A stretch of DNA of 64,000 nucleotides from Fonticula alba ATCC 38817. Lineage: Eukaryota > Protista > Nucleariida. Shown here in pieces: positions 9,746 to 25,274 of this stretch. Positions within the stretch are counted from its first letter, which is position 1. The number at the start of each line of letters is the position of its first letter. The translations under genes and the position numbers were made by a program. The stretch is from NCBI GenBank assembly GCA_000388065.2, contig KB932204.1, one strand, 5' to 3'. The notes beneath the pieces are model-generated. The model did no database searches, was not told the DNA's origin, and was given only the letters and a program-made list of their open reading frames with translations.

Positions 9746-12700
9746 TTAGGGAGCCGGGAGATTCTGGGCATCCATATTGGTCCACCCGGATGATAGACTC
9801 GTCTGTGGGATACTCAGCTCCGAGGTGAACCCCAGCTCCGGGGTTGGGATGTCGTCGAAAGCCACACGCTTGACCAGCTCGCGGCGCTTGGCCCGCTGCT
9901 GTCGGCGGAACAGCCGGTGTCGCCACCGGGCAATGGCATCTGCCTCGGCTTGGGCACGGACCTGCGCTGCCGTGAGCTGCTGCATCTCCAGCCTCATGTA
10001 CCGGTACTCCGGGACAAGATCAAAGTCCTCCCCCATGGTACCGATCGACAACGGGGCGGACCAGCCGACCGCTGCATCCTTGGTGTGCGATTGAAGTGAC
10101 CACGGAGTCGTGGCCTCTTGGATGTTCCCCAGCAGGGGCGTCACCTCGGAGAAGGTGTCTTGCTCCGGGGTCAAGGTGTCATCATCCGTGTGGCTGTCAA
10201 TGCGTACGGCGACCCGGCCGGGAGATGGCCCCTGAGGGAGGCCCAACTCCGGCCCGCCGTCCAACTCGGAGTCCGACATGTCGGAGTCAGACATGTCGGA
10301 AAACCCGGCATCCGGAACCACCGCATACTCCGAGTGATTGATCCCGAAGAGCCCATCGAACTTGCCGCTACTCAGTTCCTGGTAGAAGGAGTCCTGGTCG
10401 AAGTTGCTCCGACGAGCGACCGAAGGATCGCGACCCTGGGGGGGCATCGGCCGTGACTCCGGGTAGACGGCTGCCGCCGACGAGGAGGCAACCTCCTCGC
10501 TGGATGTCGTCCGGCCCAGCAGCCGATCCAGGAAGACACTCATCAGGGCGCCCTCTTCGCTTGGGAGATCTGACATGAGAGGGGCCTGGTCGGGACCGGC
10601 GGTGGTGGCAGCCTCGCGCTGCTGCTGGCGATCCAGCAGCAAGTCCGGCAGGTCCGGCCGGTGAGACTCCAGCATCCGGAGATGGGCTTCGGCCAGGGCC
10701 CGATCATATTGATACTGCTCGTACACCCTGACACCGGGGTCGGCATTGATTCCGGAGTCCAGCCCGCGGAAGAGCCCATCATACTCGCGCACCCGACGCT
10801 GGTGCTGGGTCAGGGGGAAGCCGTAACGCGCCCACCAGCCGTGACGCACGCAGACCAGACCCACAGCGGCGGCAATGATCAACACAAAGACCACGGCCAA
10901 GCAAATGACGATGATGACCTCGGAGGAGAGATCAGCTGTGGGGGGGGGGGGGGGGGGAAGGTGCACAGAGGCGCCGACCACGTACGGCTATACATGGCGG
11001 CGCACTTCCCCTGGCCGGAAAGATCGTCACACTGGCAGACACGGGTTTCGTCGCAGGTCCATCGGCCGAAGGGGGAGGAGGCTGGCGCCTCGGAGAAGGC
11101 ACCGGATGCCCCGCTCTCCGAGGGGAGCGCCTTGAAGGCCGGGCAGTCGGTGCTCCGGCTGCACATGTCCGGGTCTGGGTACGGAGGCAAGGAAGCCAAA
11201 AGGGGGGAGGACATGAGGCGGGCGTCGGTCAGCAGGCACAACAGCACGGCGGACATACACGTGTCGGTGAAGGAAGAGGCACGCACAGGGGACCGTATAG
11301 CGAATTTGAAGGCCACTACGCTCAGCGACGGCATTGACACGATCCAGCAGGACACGCCGAGCAGTGGTGCTGGCGTTCTGCCCCATATCGCCCGTCTCGG
11401 CGGGGCCATTGGAGAAGACGACGCGCACGACGGCTCGCGATGAGCCGAGCGCCATGGACTGGCCTTCTAGCGCACTTCCATGCACGCGCACCGCGTCGAA
11501 GTGCGCCGACATCCCGGCTTCGGAGGACTTCGGGAACCAGGGCCACAGCATTTCCAGCCACCAGCGCAGGTATCCGAACCAATAGGGCGGAACAAAGTCC
11601 GGCCAAGGCCGAGGAATGGTCCCGCCTCCGAAGGAGCCACTGGAAGACGAGTCGCCAGAAGCCGAGTGAGTGGAGTTGGAAGATCCGGCCGAGTGAGATG
11701 ACGATTCGGACAGGGAGGACCCAGCAGACCCGACATCGGAGGATGCACTTTCGTCAGGATGTCCAGGCGGAGAAGGGAGCTGGCCCAGGGGCAGAGGGAT
11801 CACCTCGATTAGATCCGTATCCTGGCAGTGGCGTGAGAGGGGGGAGGGGGGGGGGAGGGGGGGGATGCGGGTCAGAAGAATGCCACAAAGAAGGTCACCT
11901 GGCAACTCGCTGACAAGAATATCTACCTCAAGTTGCAGCCGGACGAAGTCCAACAACAGGACCCCCCGGAAGAGATCCGGCGAGTCGATGACCCACTCAC
12001 AGGTGATGTCACTGGTGGCCGGGCTGGCCGGGCGATCGCCCGTCGGGTCCATGCGCATCATGGTAAACAGCCCATTGGTGCCGGGCGAGTGGAACGAGTC
12101 ATACCCGACGGGCAGGCAGCGGAAGTCCGCGCGGCGATTGGCCGAACTCAGGAGACACTTGCGAACAAAGGATTCGGCCGGGAGCTCAGACTCGTCGCCG
12201 AGTGAGTCACCCACCGGGGCGCCGGTCTCTTCACCGAGCCCCGAGGGGGGGTTCGGCGTTGTGGATTCATCGCCACCATCGGAGCCCGGTCGATTGTTGT
12301 GGCTGGGACAGTAGTAGCCAGCCGGGCACTCGGCGCCACGCGTGCACGGAGTGTCTACCAAGGGCGGGGGGGGGGGGGGGCAGAAGGTGAGACGCGAGCG
12401 AAGGCAAATCGAACATGCGGGCATCGGTGAAAGGCCCCGGGCAGTGGACGGTCTCCCGGAAGGCCGAGATCGGACGCACATTGGAGCTCGTAAAGCATAT
12501 TAAGCCCGGTCAAGGGATGGCCGGGTGAGAGGCTGGCCGCAGACCCGGCAGGCGGGGGGGTCACAAGGACATGTGCCGCGCTGGCCGGCACAACGAAGTG
12601 CAGGTTTAGGCGCTCTGGACGCTGGGGGATGGGGTGGGGCGGGGACACCGGTGTGTCGGACTCATCCATTTCCGGCAGATCAAGCCACACATCGTCCTCG

Positions 12701-13318
12701 GACTCAGGCCCCTCCAGGTCGGCCTCTTCGGAGCCCTCGGTGTCTGGGGTCTGGCGGTAGGCGGGCAGATAGTGCAGAGCCGAAGCCGCCGGAATGCGCA
12801 CAGAAGGCGGCATCCCGGGCACCGAGGCCGTTGTCAGCTCGATGAACAATGCGTGGGCCACCGCATGCTGTCCAGTGTAGACACTCAGCCGGGTGCCCGG
12901 GGCGAAGGCAAAGTGATCGACCCAGAATTGGATGCCGGTGGCGGCGTCCGAGGAGATCGTCCATCTGCAGGTGTCAGCGGCCGGGGTGATGATTGTGCCA
13001 TTGTAGGCCGGCAGGCCTGATGGTGGCAAAGAGGGCCGGGAGTCGGTTGGAAGGCCCCCCGGCCGCGAGGTGATCCGGGCCGAATAAGAAAACAGCTGCT
13101 TGGTGTAGGGCGAGCATGTGTACTCCGGCACCCGATTGCCGAAGATGACTGGTGCTGTGGAGGCTGAGGTCAGGACGAGGGGGATCCAGGGCCGAGATGC
13201 GGTGGCAGGAGACGGGTAGGCACGCACCACCGGCCGAGGGCCAGGCAAAAACCGCAAATAGTGCCGCAAAGAGCAGGATTTCGGCCAGCCACGCGGGCTG
13301 GCGCCAACCAGGCAGCAT
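9746..13318 (-). CDS. Type I membrane protein: signal peptide, two CUB-like domains, Cys-rich (EGF-like) segments, one TM helix, long cytoplasmic tail; 4-5 exons
   Basis: Exon 1 MLPGWRQPAWLAEILLFAALFAVFAWPSAG splices (gtgcgt...cag) in frame to PVIFGNRVPEYTC. CUB-like motifs TCRWTIS...GIQFWVDHF...LSVY...GLNMLY and TCEWVID...LDFVRLQLE...CQDTDLIEV...GLQIRY. Cys-rich CTRGAECPAGYYC and WTCDETRVCQCDDLSGQGKC. TM segment VIIVICLAVVFVLIIAAAVGLVCV. Confidence 0.75.
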
Positions 13319-13454
13319 AATGTTTGTGTGTGTGTGTGTGTGCGCGCGCGTGTGATCGGGGCAGAGGCAGAGCGAGAGAGAGAGAGAGAGAGAGAGGCTG
13401 GCGAGGTGGTTGAGACGGGAGGGGGAGGATACGGCGGGAGGATCGGCAGAAGGG

Positions 13455-13710
13455 NNNNNNNNNNNNNNNNNNNNNNNNNNNNNNNNNNNNNNNNNNNNNN
13501 NNNNNNNNNNNNNNNNNNNNNNNNNNNNNNNNNNNNNNNNNNNNNNNNNNNNNNNNNNNNNNNNNNNNNNNNNNNNNNNNNNNNNNNNNNNNNNNNNNNN
13601 NNNNNNNNNNNNNNNNNNNNNNNNNNNNNNNNNNNNNNNNNNNNNNNNNNNNNNNNNNNNNNNNNNNNNNNNNNNNNNNNNNNNNNNNNNNNNNNNNNNN
13701 NNNNNNNNNN
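13455..13710. other. Assembly gap (N run)
   Basis: Run of N. Confidence 0.99.
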
Positions 13711-13890
13711 CCCCCCCCCGGTTGGGCGAGAAAATGACGGGTCGCCCTTTGTGAAACGGGAAACAAGGGAGGGGAACACAATGGGGAGATCTTCCCTATG
13801 CTTCCCCCCTCCCCCGTGTCCTGCCCTAAACACGCACGCGCAGGCACACGCAGGCACAGACACACCGCGAGAGCGTCTCCCTCATCCCCA

Positions 13891-15340
13891 GCCCAGTTGG
13901 GCAGATCGTGTCGCAATCTGCTCGCGGAGGGGGCTTCCCACTGGCGTGTTCACCCCCGATAACGATCTCGCCTTGTCCGCGCCCGAAGGCCACCCCGACA
14001 TCCAAGGCCCTCCTGATTGTCTTACTTCATGGATCCGCCGAGACCTGGCGGTGGGGGGGGGGGCTGGGCGGGAAGCGGGGTGTGTGTAAGCCCAACAACC
14101 CCGACAGTCCAAGGGGCTAGCCCCCAGGAAGGACGAGATCGGCGGCGGCCAGTGTGCGCGTGTTGTCACAAGGGGGGGGGGGGGGGGGCATTCACATGCA
14201 ACCCCGCGCCGGCGGGGACCACCGCAAGGCACACGCCCACCAGGAGAAACAGGTCCGTGAACGGCCGGCTCGCCGGGCGAGGGAGGTCCCCCTGGCTCCC
14301 CCGCCGCCGGACTGGGGAGGTGCCACGTCTGACAGGGCAGGGGGCCCCTCTCCCCGCCCCGGCCCCCGCGCCCCGGGTGGGCAAGGATGGGAGGAAACAA
14401 CGGGCGGGCTCCACAACAGAAGGCGGAGTGGCAGGTCCTGCCAAAAATTGTAGAACCATGTCGGCCGGACGCCGGGCGATCCCGTGCAGTAGCGTGATCC
14501 TCGCTCCTTGATCTGGGGCGGTAGATCCAATTGTTTGGAGCTGCTGCCAATGGTGCTCCGGGGAACGTGAGGGGCGCGCGACCGGTCGTGTGTCGCTCCC
14601 TCCCCAGATAGAGGGGAGCTCGAAAGGGGGGCGGGTCAGCGGTCGGGGCGGTGCAGGGGTGGCGCGGGGGCGGGGTCCACAACGTGCGAGGCCCTGGGCC
14701 GATCACTATCATCCACCCTGCTCAGGTCCGAGGCCCGCCAAAGGGGTCGACTGAGTGTCGCGACCCATGTATGCTTCCGGTGACACCCCCCCCCTCATCG
14801 TCACTTTGTCCGGTTGCGGTGCCGGGTCTGCCAGTGCACGGAGACCGTGCCCAGCCGAGCGCGAGTCCCTGTGCGGGGGGAATTGACCCGGCTCGGCGCC
14901 GCCCCCTCTGTGAGAGAAGGAGGGAGGGGGAGAGAGAGAGAGGGACCATTGGTAGTTGGCCTCTGGACGCCGCTCCTGCCGGGGGACGGCGGGAGGGGGG
15001 ACGCGTGTTGACGCGCGGACCACGGCCCCCTCGGCCTGTGCGGAGCAGGCTCTCCCGGAAGCAACGCGATCTGAGACGCGCGGGGGTGCCAGCTGCCACC
15101 GGAGGAGGGGGAGACTCTGCGTGCACGTTCCTCCGCGAAAGGGGGATGGGTGTGCGTCCCGAGCGAGAACGGGGGGGGGGGGGGGGGGGGTAGGGGCCTC
15201 CGGGACTTTCTGCTGGAGCGGCTCCAGGTGCGCACGAAGTGGCGTTGCTTGAATGTGGGTATAATTCCATTAACTGTTGTGCCCCGGCCCCCTCAGCGCC
15301 TTGCCGCTCTCGAGGACGGAGGGGGGGCCGTTCAGGCAAA
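13891..15340 (+). CDS. Probable fragmentary hypothetical gene between two gaps
   Basis: Acceptor cccag precedes a codon-typical frame (DRVAICSRRGLPTGVFTPDNDLAL...WIRRDL). Later GLRDFLLERLQ|gtgcgc...ttaac...cctcag|RLAALEDGG is a clean in-frame intron. The full model cannot be assembled. Confidence 0.3.
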
Positions 15341-15734
15341 GTGGCCTTGTGGCCAGGAAGATAGGAGGGGCTCCCTGGACGGCAAAAAAAAACGCGAGGC
15401 CCTGCAACATTCTCCCGGGGGAAGTGGCGGCGGGGGTCTCTCGGGGCCCTGTGATGATCAGCAGGAAAGGCTCCTTTAACTATTTTCTAGTGAGGCACGG
15501 AGCGCGCAGGGGCTCGAGCGCTCTCTAATGATCCGCACAAGCCGGACACCGGGACAGGCACCGTTAGCACGCTCGCCACGCCGGATCCGTCCTTCGGCAA
15601 TGAGAGGGGGGGGGTGTAAACCGGCCGCCACAAGGAGCAGCAGATATGTCCCGGCTGGCAACGCATGCGCCCGGCCCGGTCCGGCCCGGCCATCCCCCCC
15701 TGCGTCGGTGTCCCCTTTGCCCCCCCCCCCCCCC

Positions 15735-16090
15735 NNNNNNNNNNNNNNNNNNNNNNNNNNNNNNNNNNNNNNNNNNNNNNNNNNNNNNNNNNNNNNNNNN
15801 NNNNNNNNNNNNNNNNNNNNNNNNNNNNNNNNNNNNNNNNNNNNNNNNNNNNNNNNNNNNNNNNNNNNNNNNNNNNNNNNNNNNNNNNNNNNNNNNNNNN
15901 NNNNNNNNNNNNNNNNNNNNNNNNNNNNNNNNNNNNNNNNNNNNNNNNNNNNNNNNNNNNNNNNNNNNNNNNNNNNNNNNNNNNNNNNNNNNNNNNNNNN
16001 NNNNNNNNNNNNNNNNNNNNNNNNNNNNNNNNNNNNNNNNNNNNNNNNNNNNNNNNNNNNNNNNNNNNNNNNNNNNNNNNNNNNNNNNNN
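15735..16090. other. Assembly gap (N run)
   Basis: Run of N after poly-C. Confidence 0.99.
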
Positions 16091-16563
16091 GTCAAGGAGC
16101 AAGGACGTTTGTCGGCACCCATGCTGGTCTCCTCTCAGGAGAAATTAGGACTCAGCCACTTTCCTTTTTCCCCCGTTGCTGCCTCACTTTGCTACATCTC
16201 CCCCCCTTTACCGGTCAGTTCTCTCCCTCTCCCTCTCCTGCCTTCGGCCCTCCTCTCCCCTCTCCGCCTGCCCGCTCTTTTCACCCCTCCTCTTAGTCCC
16301 CCCGGTTCTAGATAACGCGCCCCACCGATTGCGGTGAACTTGACCTCCATCCGGAGATGTGAACGCTTGGTGCCACAATGCCAAGAAGAGGCAGAACAGG
16401 CAGGAAATCCTGTTTGCTTTTCCCTCCCCTTCCCCCCCCCCTCCGTCTCCATTTCCCTTCCCCCCTGCCCTTTTGCACTGACTCCCCGACCATTCTCTAC
16501 CTCCCCCCTTTGCTGCCCTCCTCCTGCCGCCTCCTGGCGACCCTTTTAGCTTTCTCTGATTTC

Positions 16564-16594
<31 letters not shown>

Positions 16595-16679
16595 GCTATA
16601 TCCACTGCCCCGCCCACCCATCCTCGTGTGCTTCCCTCTAACACGCCACGCTCGACCACATAGTGGCTCACAGCTGATA

Positions 16680-19413
16680 ATGATTCCGGCCCGGTTTCTT
16701 TCGTGCGTGCCGCCCCCTCGGGCTCCGGTCTTTCTCCCGGTCCAGCCGACTTCCAGTTCTGACCTGACTCTCCACATGTAGTTCCTTGACGGGAGTCTCC
16801 CGGTCGTCCTGTCCCTCGCGCCTCCTGGCCCGATCGGCCCCGGTGGTCGCCTCGCGGACCTTCGCGGGCCTGGCCGGCCTAGCCGGCCCGGCATCACCCC
16901 CCAGCGCCCGGCGCCCCATCCGGTCTAGCCCATCGACTACCCCACAGCTTGGGCTCTTCCCCGGCGCTGGGCCCGTGACTTCAAGTGCCGCGTTCCTCTC
17001 GACGCCACCGCGGTCGCTTTTCTCCACCTCGGCGGTGGCCGGGCTCGCCGGTCACACCGGCGACTCTTCGAGCCCCCAGGCGCTGGATGAGAAGGTGAGT
17101 GCCAGATCACTCTGCGTTGCCCCGCGCCCTCTTGCCCCCCATGACCATGCGATGTCCAACTGCTGACTGGGTATCCCTCCAACGGTGTCACCTCCCAGGA
17201 CAACCACGCCGTCATCTCGGTTTTCGACATGTTCTCCATCGGCATCGGCCCCTCAAGCTCGCACACCGTCGGACCGATGCGCGCGGCTCGCATGTTCATC
17301 ACCTCCATCGAGGAGCTTGGTTCGTCCCCCCATGCATGTTTCCTGGTCTCCCTCCTCCATTCTCCTCATGACTGTACCTTACCCGCCCGCTTGCTCCCCC
17401 TCCTGCCCTCTCTCTCTGCCCCTCTCTCAGGTATCTTGCACGATGTGCGCTACATGCGTGTGGAGCTTTATGGCTCGCTTGCGCTCACTGGCGATGGGCA
17501 TGGGACGCCGGACGCTGTTTTGGTTCGTTTCTGGCATCCTTCACCCCCCCCCTTCCTTCCTGGTCGCGTCCCTTCCCCAATGGCACCTTCCCCAAGTTAC
17601 TAACCCACCGCCAATAGATGGGCCTTGAAGGTGAGGACCCGCGCACGGTCGACACCACCATGCTCCCGGCCCGGGTGGCCTCCATCCGCTCTGAGAAGCG
17701 CCTGAACCTGCTGGGCGGCCTGCAGCTGATCGACTTCGACCCGAGCAAGCATCTGATTTACTACCGTGACAAGCGCCTTCCCCAGCACCCGAATGGCATG
17801 CGCTTCTCCGTGTTCAATGCCGACGGTGATCTGCTGGCCACCAATGAGTACTTCAGTGTTGGCGGTGCGTACTCCGCGCCACAGGACGCGTCCCTCTCTC
17901 GCGGGCGAGTCTGCGACATGGCCCCTGCGGACCCTCAGCCCCCCTCCCTAACTTGATGATGTGCCTTTGCCCTGCTGCCCCTCTTTCCCCCTCGGGATCC
18001 GTCCTCATCCGGCCATCTTCTACACACGCGTGCATATGCATGTACATGCCCATAGGCGGGTTCATTGTCAACAAGGACACCGAGCTGGCCGGCGAGAATG
18101 CCTTCTACCGCGCGACAACCGCCCTCCCGCTGAACCCCTCGGCGTCATACACCTCCGCCGATGAGGTTGCCAGCCATGGCCCGGCCTCGACGGCGATTCC
18201 CCTGAACGCGTGTGATTCGCACACAGCCCACCACCACCCGACGCCTGTGTGCGACATGGGCAAGAAGAATGCCGTGGTGGCCACACTTCCCTTCCGCACC
18301 GGCGACGAACTGCTGGAGCTCTGTCGGCAGCAGAACATGACCATCGCCGCGGTGGTCATGGAGAACGAGCGCCGCTGGCGGCCCGAGGCCGAGATTCGGG
18401 CCAATCTTCTGGAGATCTGGCGTGCCATGGACGACAGCATCACCAATGGGTGTTGGAGTTCGGAGCGTAAGTTGCCCGGCTCGGCCGGGGTGTCGCGCCG
18501 TGCGCCGGCCCTCTTCCGGCGGCTGATGGCAAAGTCCATGGTACGCACTTTAGAGAGAGAGGGGGGGGGGGGGAGGGGAGCGGGGAGGGGCGACGGAAAG
18601 GTGCTTCTTGTTCCTTGAGCTTCCAGGCTGCCACTAACAATCATACGAATGCTCCCTTGCCCCGACCGATGTCCCCTTCGATGATATGGCCATCCCCCAT
18701 AGCCTGTGGCTCCCTTCGACCCCACCTCGCCTCACGGCCGGTCCTCTGCCACTCCCTCCAGCGCCGAGGGGGGCCATGCGCGTGCCCGGCGCGATCTCCC
18801 GACAATGGCCTTCCTTGACTGGCTGTCGTGCTTTGCGATTGCCGTCAACGAGGAGAATGCCGCCGGCGGGCGGGTTGTCACGGCGCCCACCAACGGCGCG
18901 GCCGGCATCATCCCCGCTGTGCTCAAGTACTTTGTGTCCTTCGTGGCTGGCCACGCCGGGCCAGACGCCGCCGAGGAGGACATTGTGGAGTTCCTGCTGA
19001 CCGCGGGCGCGATTGGCATGCTGTACAAGCGCGGCGCCAGCATCAGTGCGGCCGAGGTTGGCTGCCAGGGGGAGGTCGGTGTCGCATGCTCGATGGCCGC
19101 CGCTGGCCTGGCCGCCGTCATGGGCGGTACCATCGATCAGGTGGAGAACGCCGCGGAAATCGGCATGGAACACAACCTTGGTCTTACGTGTGACCCGGTG
19201 GCCGGGTTGGTGCAGATCCCCTGCATCGAGCGCAATGCCCTCGGTGCGGCGAAGGCTGTCACCGCCGCCCAGCTGGCCCTGAGCGGCGATGGCCAGCATC
19301 GCGTCACTCTGGATCAAGTCATCGAGACCATGCGCCAGACGGGTCTCGATATGCAGAGCAAGTACAAGGAGACCTCTCTCGGTGGCTTGGCCGTCAACGT
19401 GCCAGTTTGCTGA
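16680..19413 (+). CDS. sdaA: Iron-sulfur-dependent L-serine dehydratase (SdaA-type, single chain) with N-terminal mitochondrial-transit-like leader; 7 exons
   Basis: Motifs [104 protein letters not shown] and [11 protein letters not shown]. Start ATG at 16680, with intron 16703-16781 joining MIPARFLS to [18 protein letters not shown] (Arg/Ser/Ala-rich, no acidic residues). Confidence 0.95.
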
Positions 19414-20394
19414 GTGGCAGCGACCTGTGGCCCATGCCTTCCCAAGTGAGTGTGAGGACACACAGGGCGAGCGAGGCAGAGCGGGGAGGGGGGGGGGGGG
19501 AAACCGGCATGCCTTCCAACTCCAGCCTACTGTTTTCTCTCTCCCTCCCTCGACCCCTCACCCCATGTCGTGGTTGACACCAGCTCATGGGCTCCCGTCC
19601 CCCTGCCTTCATTGCTCTCCCGCCCCCCGCCTCCCCGCCTCCCCTCATTTGTCTGGCGCGCGCGCGCCCATGTATCGACCCCGATCACCCCTTCCTCAGT
19701 GACCGTGTATCCTCCGGATGCGCGGTGTCCTTGCCTCTTCGGCCTGTGCCCAGGGCATGGGCGTTCCCTCTCGCGCCCCCTTCTTTCTCCCCTTCCCGGC
19801 ACATGCCTATTGATAACCTGGCCTGTAGGTAGCTTCTCCTCCATAAATTGATCATATCCATGTAACCACGCGCGCTCGGTCGCGTGGGGCACCCTTGCAA
19901 AAGAAAAAACCGAAATACCGCACAGTCATACGGAGTTGTTCTTCTCCTTCTGTCTTTGCTTTGCCTTTCTCTCGCTCCATCCTCCCTTGCCGTTGATCAT
20001 GGTTCCAGGATGGGGGGGGGGAGGAGGGCATAAAGGGAAAAGAGGGGGACTAGGGGCGATAAACCGAGGGCAGGAGGGGAACTTGCCAACCAAAAATAAT
20101 GTACGCCGGAGCAGGATGTGGACATGGGGGTGGGGGGGGGGGGGGAGGGAAATCTCATACATTTGACCGTAGCACTACATGACACACAGGTGTATATAGA
20201 TGTTTGTGAGCGTGGATGGTGTCTGGCCTGGGGTGAATGAGCATTTGCATTTCTATGTCCCCTCTTCCCAGGTACGGGGGGGGGGGGGGGGGGGGACGGG
20301 GGTCGGTGCGCGTTCATGCCACCTTTGCCCCTCCATACATACGAAAGGCAACGACCGACAGATTGGGCGAGCGGGACGGAGGACCGGATATCTC

Positions 20395-22693
<2,299 letters not shown>

Positions 22694-23851
22694 GTTGGCG
22701 AAGGGGGGAGGGGGAAGGGGGGGGGGGAGAGTGAGAGGAGAGAGGGGAGGGAGGGGAGGACTCTGGCCATGCGTGGGGTGCCAGCGGGATCCGGGCCTCG
22801 CGGTGGTGTTTTCTCCTGATCCCCATGCCCTAGAAAAGGCCTTGTCGGAGTCGGCCTCAGCCCAGGAGGCCGACCGGAAACCAAGATACAAGGCGGATTG
22901 GCCACCAATCGGCACGGTGATATCCGGGGCACATGTTCTCCGGTGGCCGAGTGTGCAGAGAACGGATGAGGGTGGGGCCAGCGGAGAAAATGAGAGACGC
23001 GAGCCGGAAAAACAGACTCATGCCCCCCGGCAGAACATCATGCCAGGGGGTTCCATGGGGAGGGGGACGGAGGAGGGGGGGGGGGGGGGGGGGGGCAAAT
23101 TGCCCGCTTGAGGCAGACCACCCCGTCCGGGCCCACACGAGAGGATCCTGCCGCCGAACAAACCACGCCGCCCCCCCCCCCCATACCAGACCACAGCGCC
23201 CTGGGGCTCTTCTGCCTCTCAGGACGAGACGAAGAAATGACCCTGCCCTTAGAAAGGGTCCTCCTCGGCCCCTCTCGCCCAGACCTGGGGGAGGGTGAGG
23301 CGGGGCGGCTTCGAGCCTCGAGGGCTGTTCATCTGTGGATAGCCCTCGCCGGAGCCTCGTCTGCGCCTCGACCCACCGCGATTCCCATTTGACCACACCC
23401 CATGGTGTGATGATCATATGGTTTAACTTCGTGGATGAATCACAGTTAACTCTGGCCGCGGACGTGTCAGGATGTCCCCCGAGTGGGAACCGATTTGAAA
23501 TGCGTTCTTGTCCCCTTGTCCGGCGTGGAATAACTGTCGACGTGGAGTATCCCCCGGAAGCCGGGGGGGGGGGGGGTTGGGGAGGGGGGAGAGCTTAACA
23601 CACGGGCCCCGCAAGATCGCCAACCAGGCCCCGCTTCTGACCACAGAAGGGCAATCCGGGATCTACTCTTCCCTCCTGTGTCCAGCAACAAGAGACCCGG
23701 ACCCAGAGAAGGCGACTTGGTTTTGAGGGCAGCCCTCGCCCTCCCCCCCTCCCCACCCCCCCTCCCCATCACCCGCTCCGCCCATCGGCATTTCCTCCAA
23801 CACCCTTCATATCACCCCACCGCCAGTCATACGTCCATATCCCTACCGACC

Positions 23852-24425
23852 ATGCCTCAGCAACCGGATCGGTCGGACGGCCCGCCGGCCAAGACACGCA
23901 CCCGCCAAGGGCCCCCGCCACAGGCCCCCTCGCCCGGCACTGGTCGCCAGGCGACACCAGCCAAACGGCCACGCAGGCCGCGCACCATCAAAGCCGACCG
24001 CTCTCCAAGCCCCTCGCCCTCGCTGGCGACCGATCCCCTGGTGGCCGCGACACCTGTTGACATCGGCCAATTGGACAACGGCGCATCTGTGTACGCTGTG
24101 GACCTCGCGACTTTCCCCCCCCCCCCTTAATTCCCATCCAGCGCTGACTGACAAACCCCTCAAGCAGTTTTGGGCAATTTCTCCGCCGGCTAGTGGACGA
24201 CACCCCGGCCAGCCTGTCACACCCGATCGTCTTGTCCGATGCCACCCCCAGCCGGCTAAAGCGCCCGCGAGTGTCGCTTCCTGAGAGCCAGGTCGAGTAT
24301 GTTCCGGCGTCATATGTCCGCCGGCCGGACTTAGATGAAGACCTATGGTCGTTGCTGGCCAGCCCGGGGTTGGATTTGCGCGAGCACCTGTCGCGGGAGT
24401 CGCGCCTGTTGCAATATCAGCAACA

Positions 24426-24462
<37 letters not shown>

Positions 24463-25231
24463 CAACAGCAGCATCCATCATCCCAGCCATCTTCCCAGCC
24501 ATCTTCCCAGACGTCCTCCCAGTCGAGCATTGGCGAGGAGGATTTCCACTCATTGAGGTCGGCCTCGCGCAAGCAATTTGATAGGCAGCTGGATGCAGCT
24601 TCAGAGCGCCTGCGTCCGGAACCAACGGCCGACGGAGCAACTGCCCCGACTCCAATGTACACCCGAGATCCGATCGACCCGCTGACGCTCATTCGCGCTG
24701 CCGCCAGTACGTTCCCTCCCCCTCCCCCCCCCCCTCTCCTGCTAGACCTTCGATCCCTACCCGAGGCCCCATGCAGGCGGATACACGGAGGGAGGAGAGT
24801 GAAAAAAGAAAAAGGGATCTTCGCCCACCTAACGATTGTCCCTCGCACTCGCCAGTTGCCAGCCAGGCCGAGGATAGCCTTGATGCCGCTTGGTACATTG
24901 GCCTCTCGCGCATGGTGACGCGCCTGGTTGGTGATGGAATCTTGCCCCGGCGGGCAGGGGATGCCAATTTGGGCTTGGGTGCCGATCCTCTGCCATCTGG
25001 ACACCTGTGGAATCTCCGCGAGCGACTTTTGGCCGGCGGCCTGGCTGACAGTGATCCCTCTATGCTGGTCCATGGTGATCCAAACTTGGACCTGCACAGC
25101 TGGATCGGCAGTTGGGTGGTCTCGCCCTGTGTAACGCACCTTTCCTCACCACTGGCTAGCTCGGCTGGGGGATCACAGAAGGTAAGTGCCCAGCGAATGG
25201 AAGCAGCCTCTCTTTGTGCGCGCGCGCGCGC

Positions 25232-25274
<43 letters not shown>

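Noticed and set aside
14010-14055. IVLLHGSAETWRW resembling an alpha/beta-hydrolase N-terminal motif
   Set aside because: It lies in a short frame with atypical codons; an overlapping frame looks more like the real exon, and no nucleophile motif follows.
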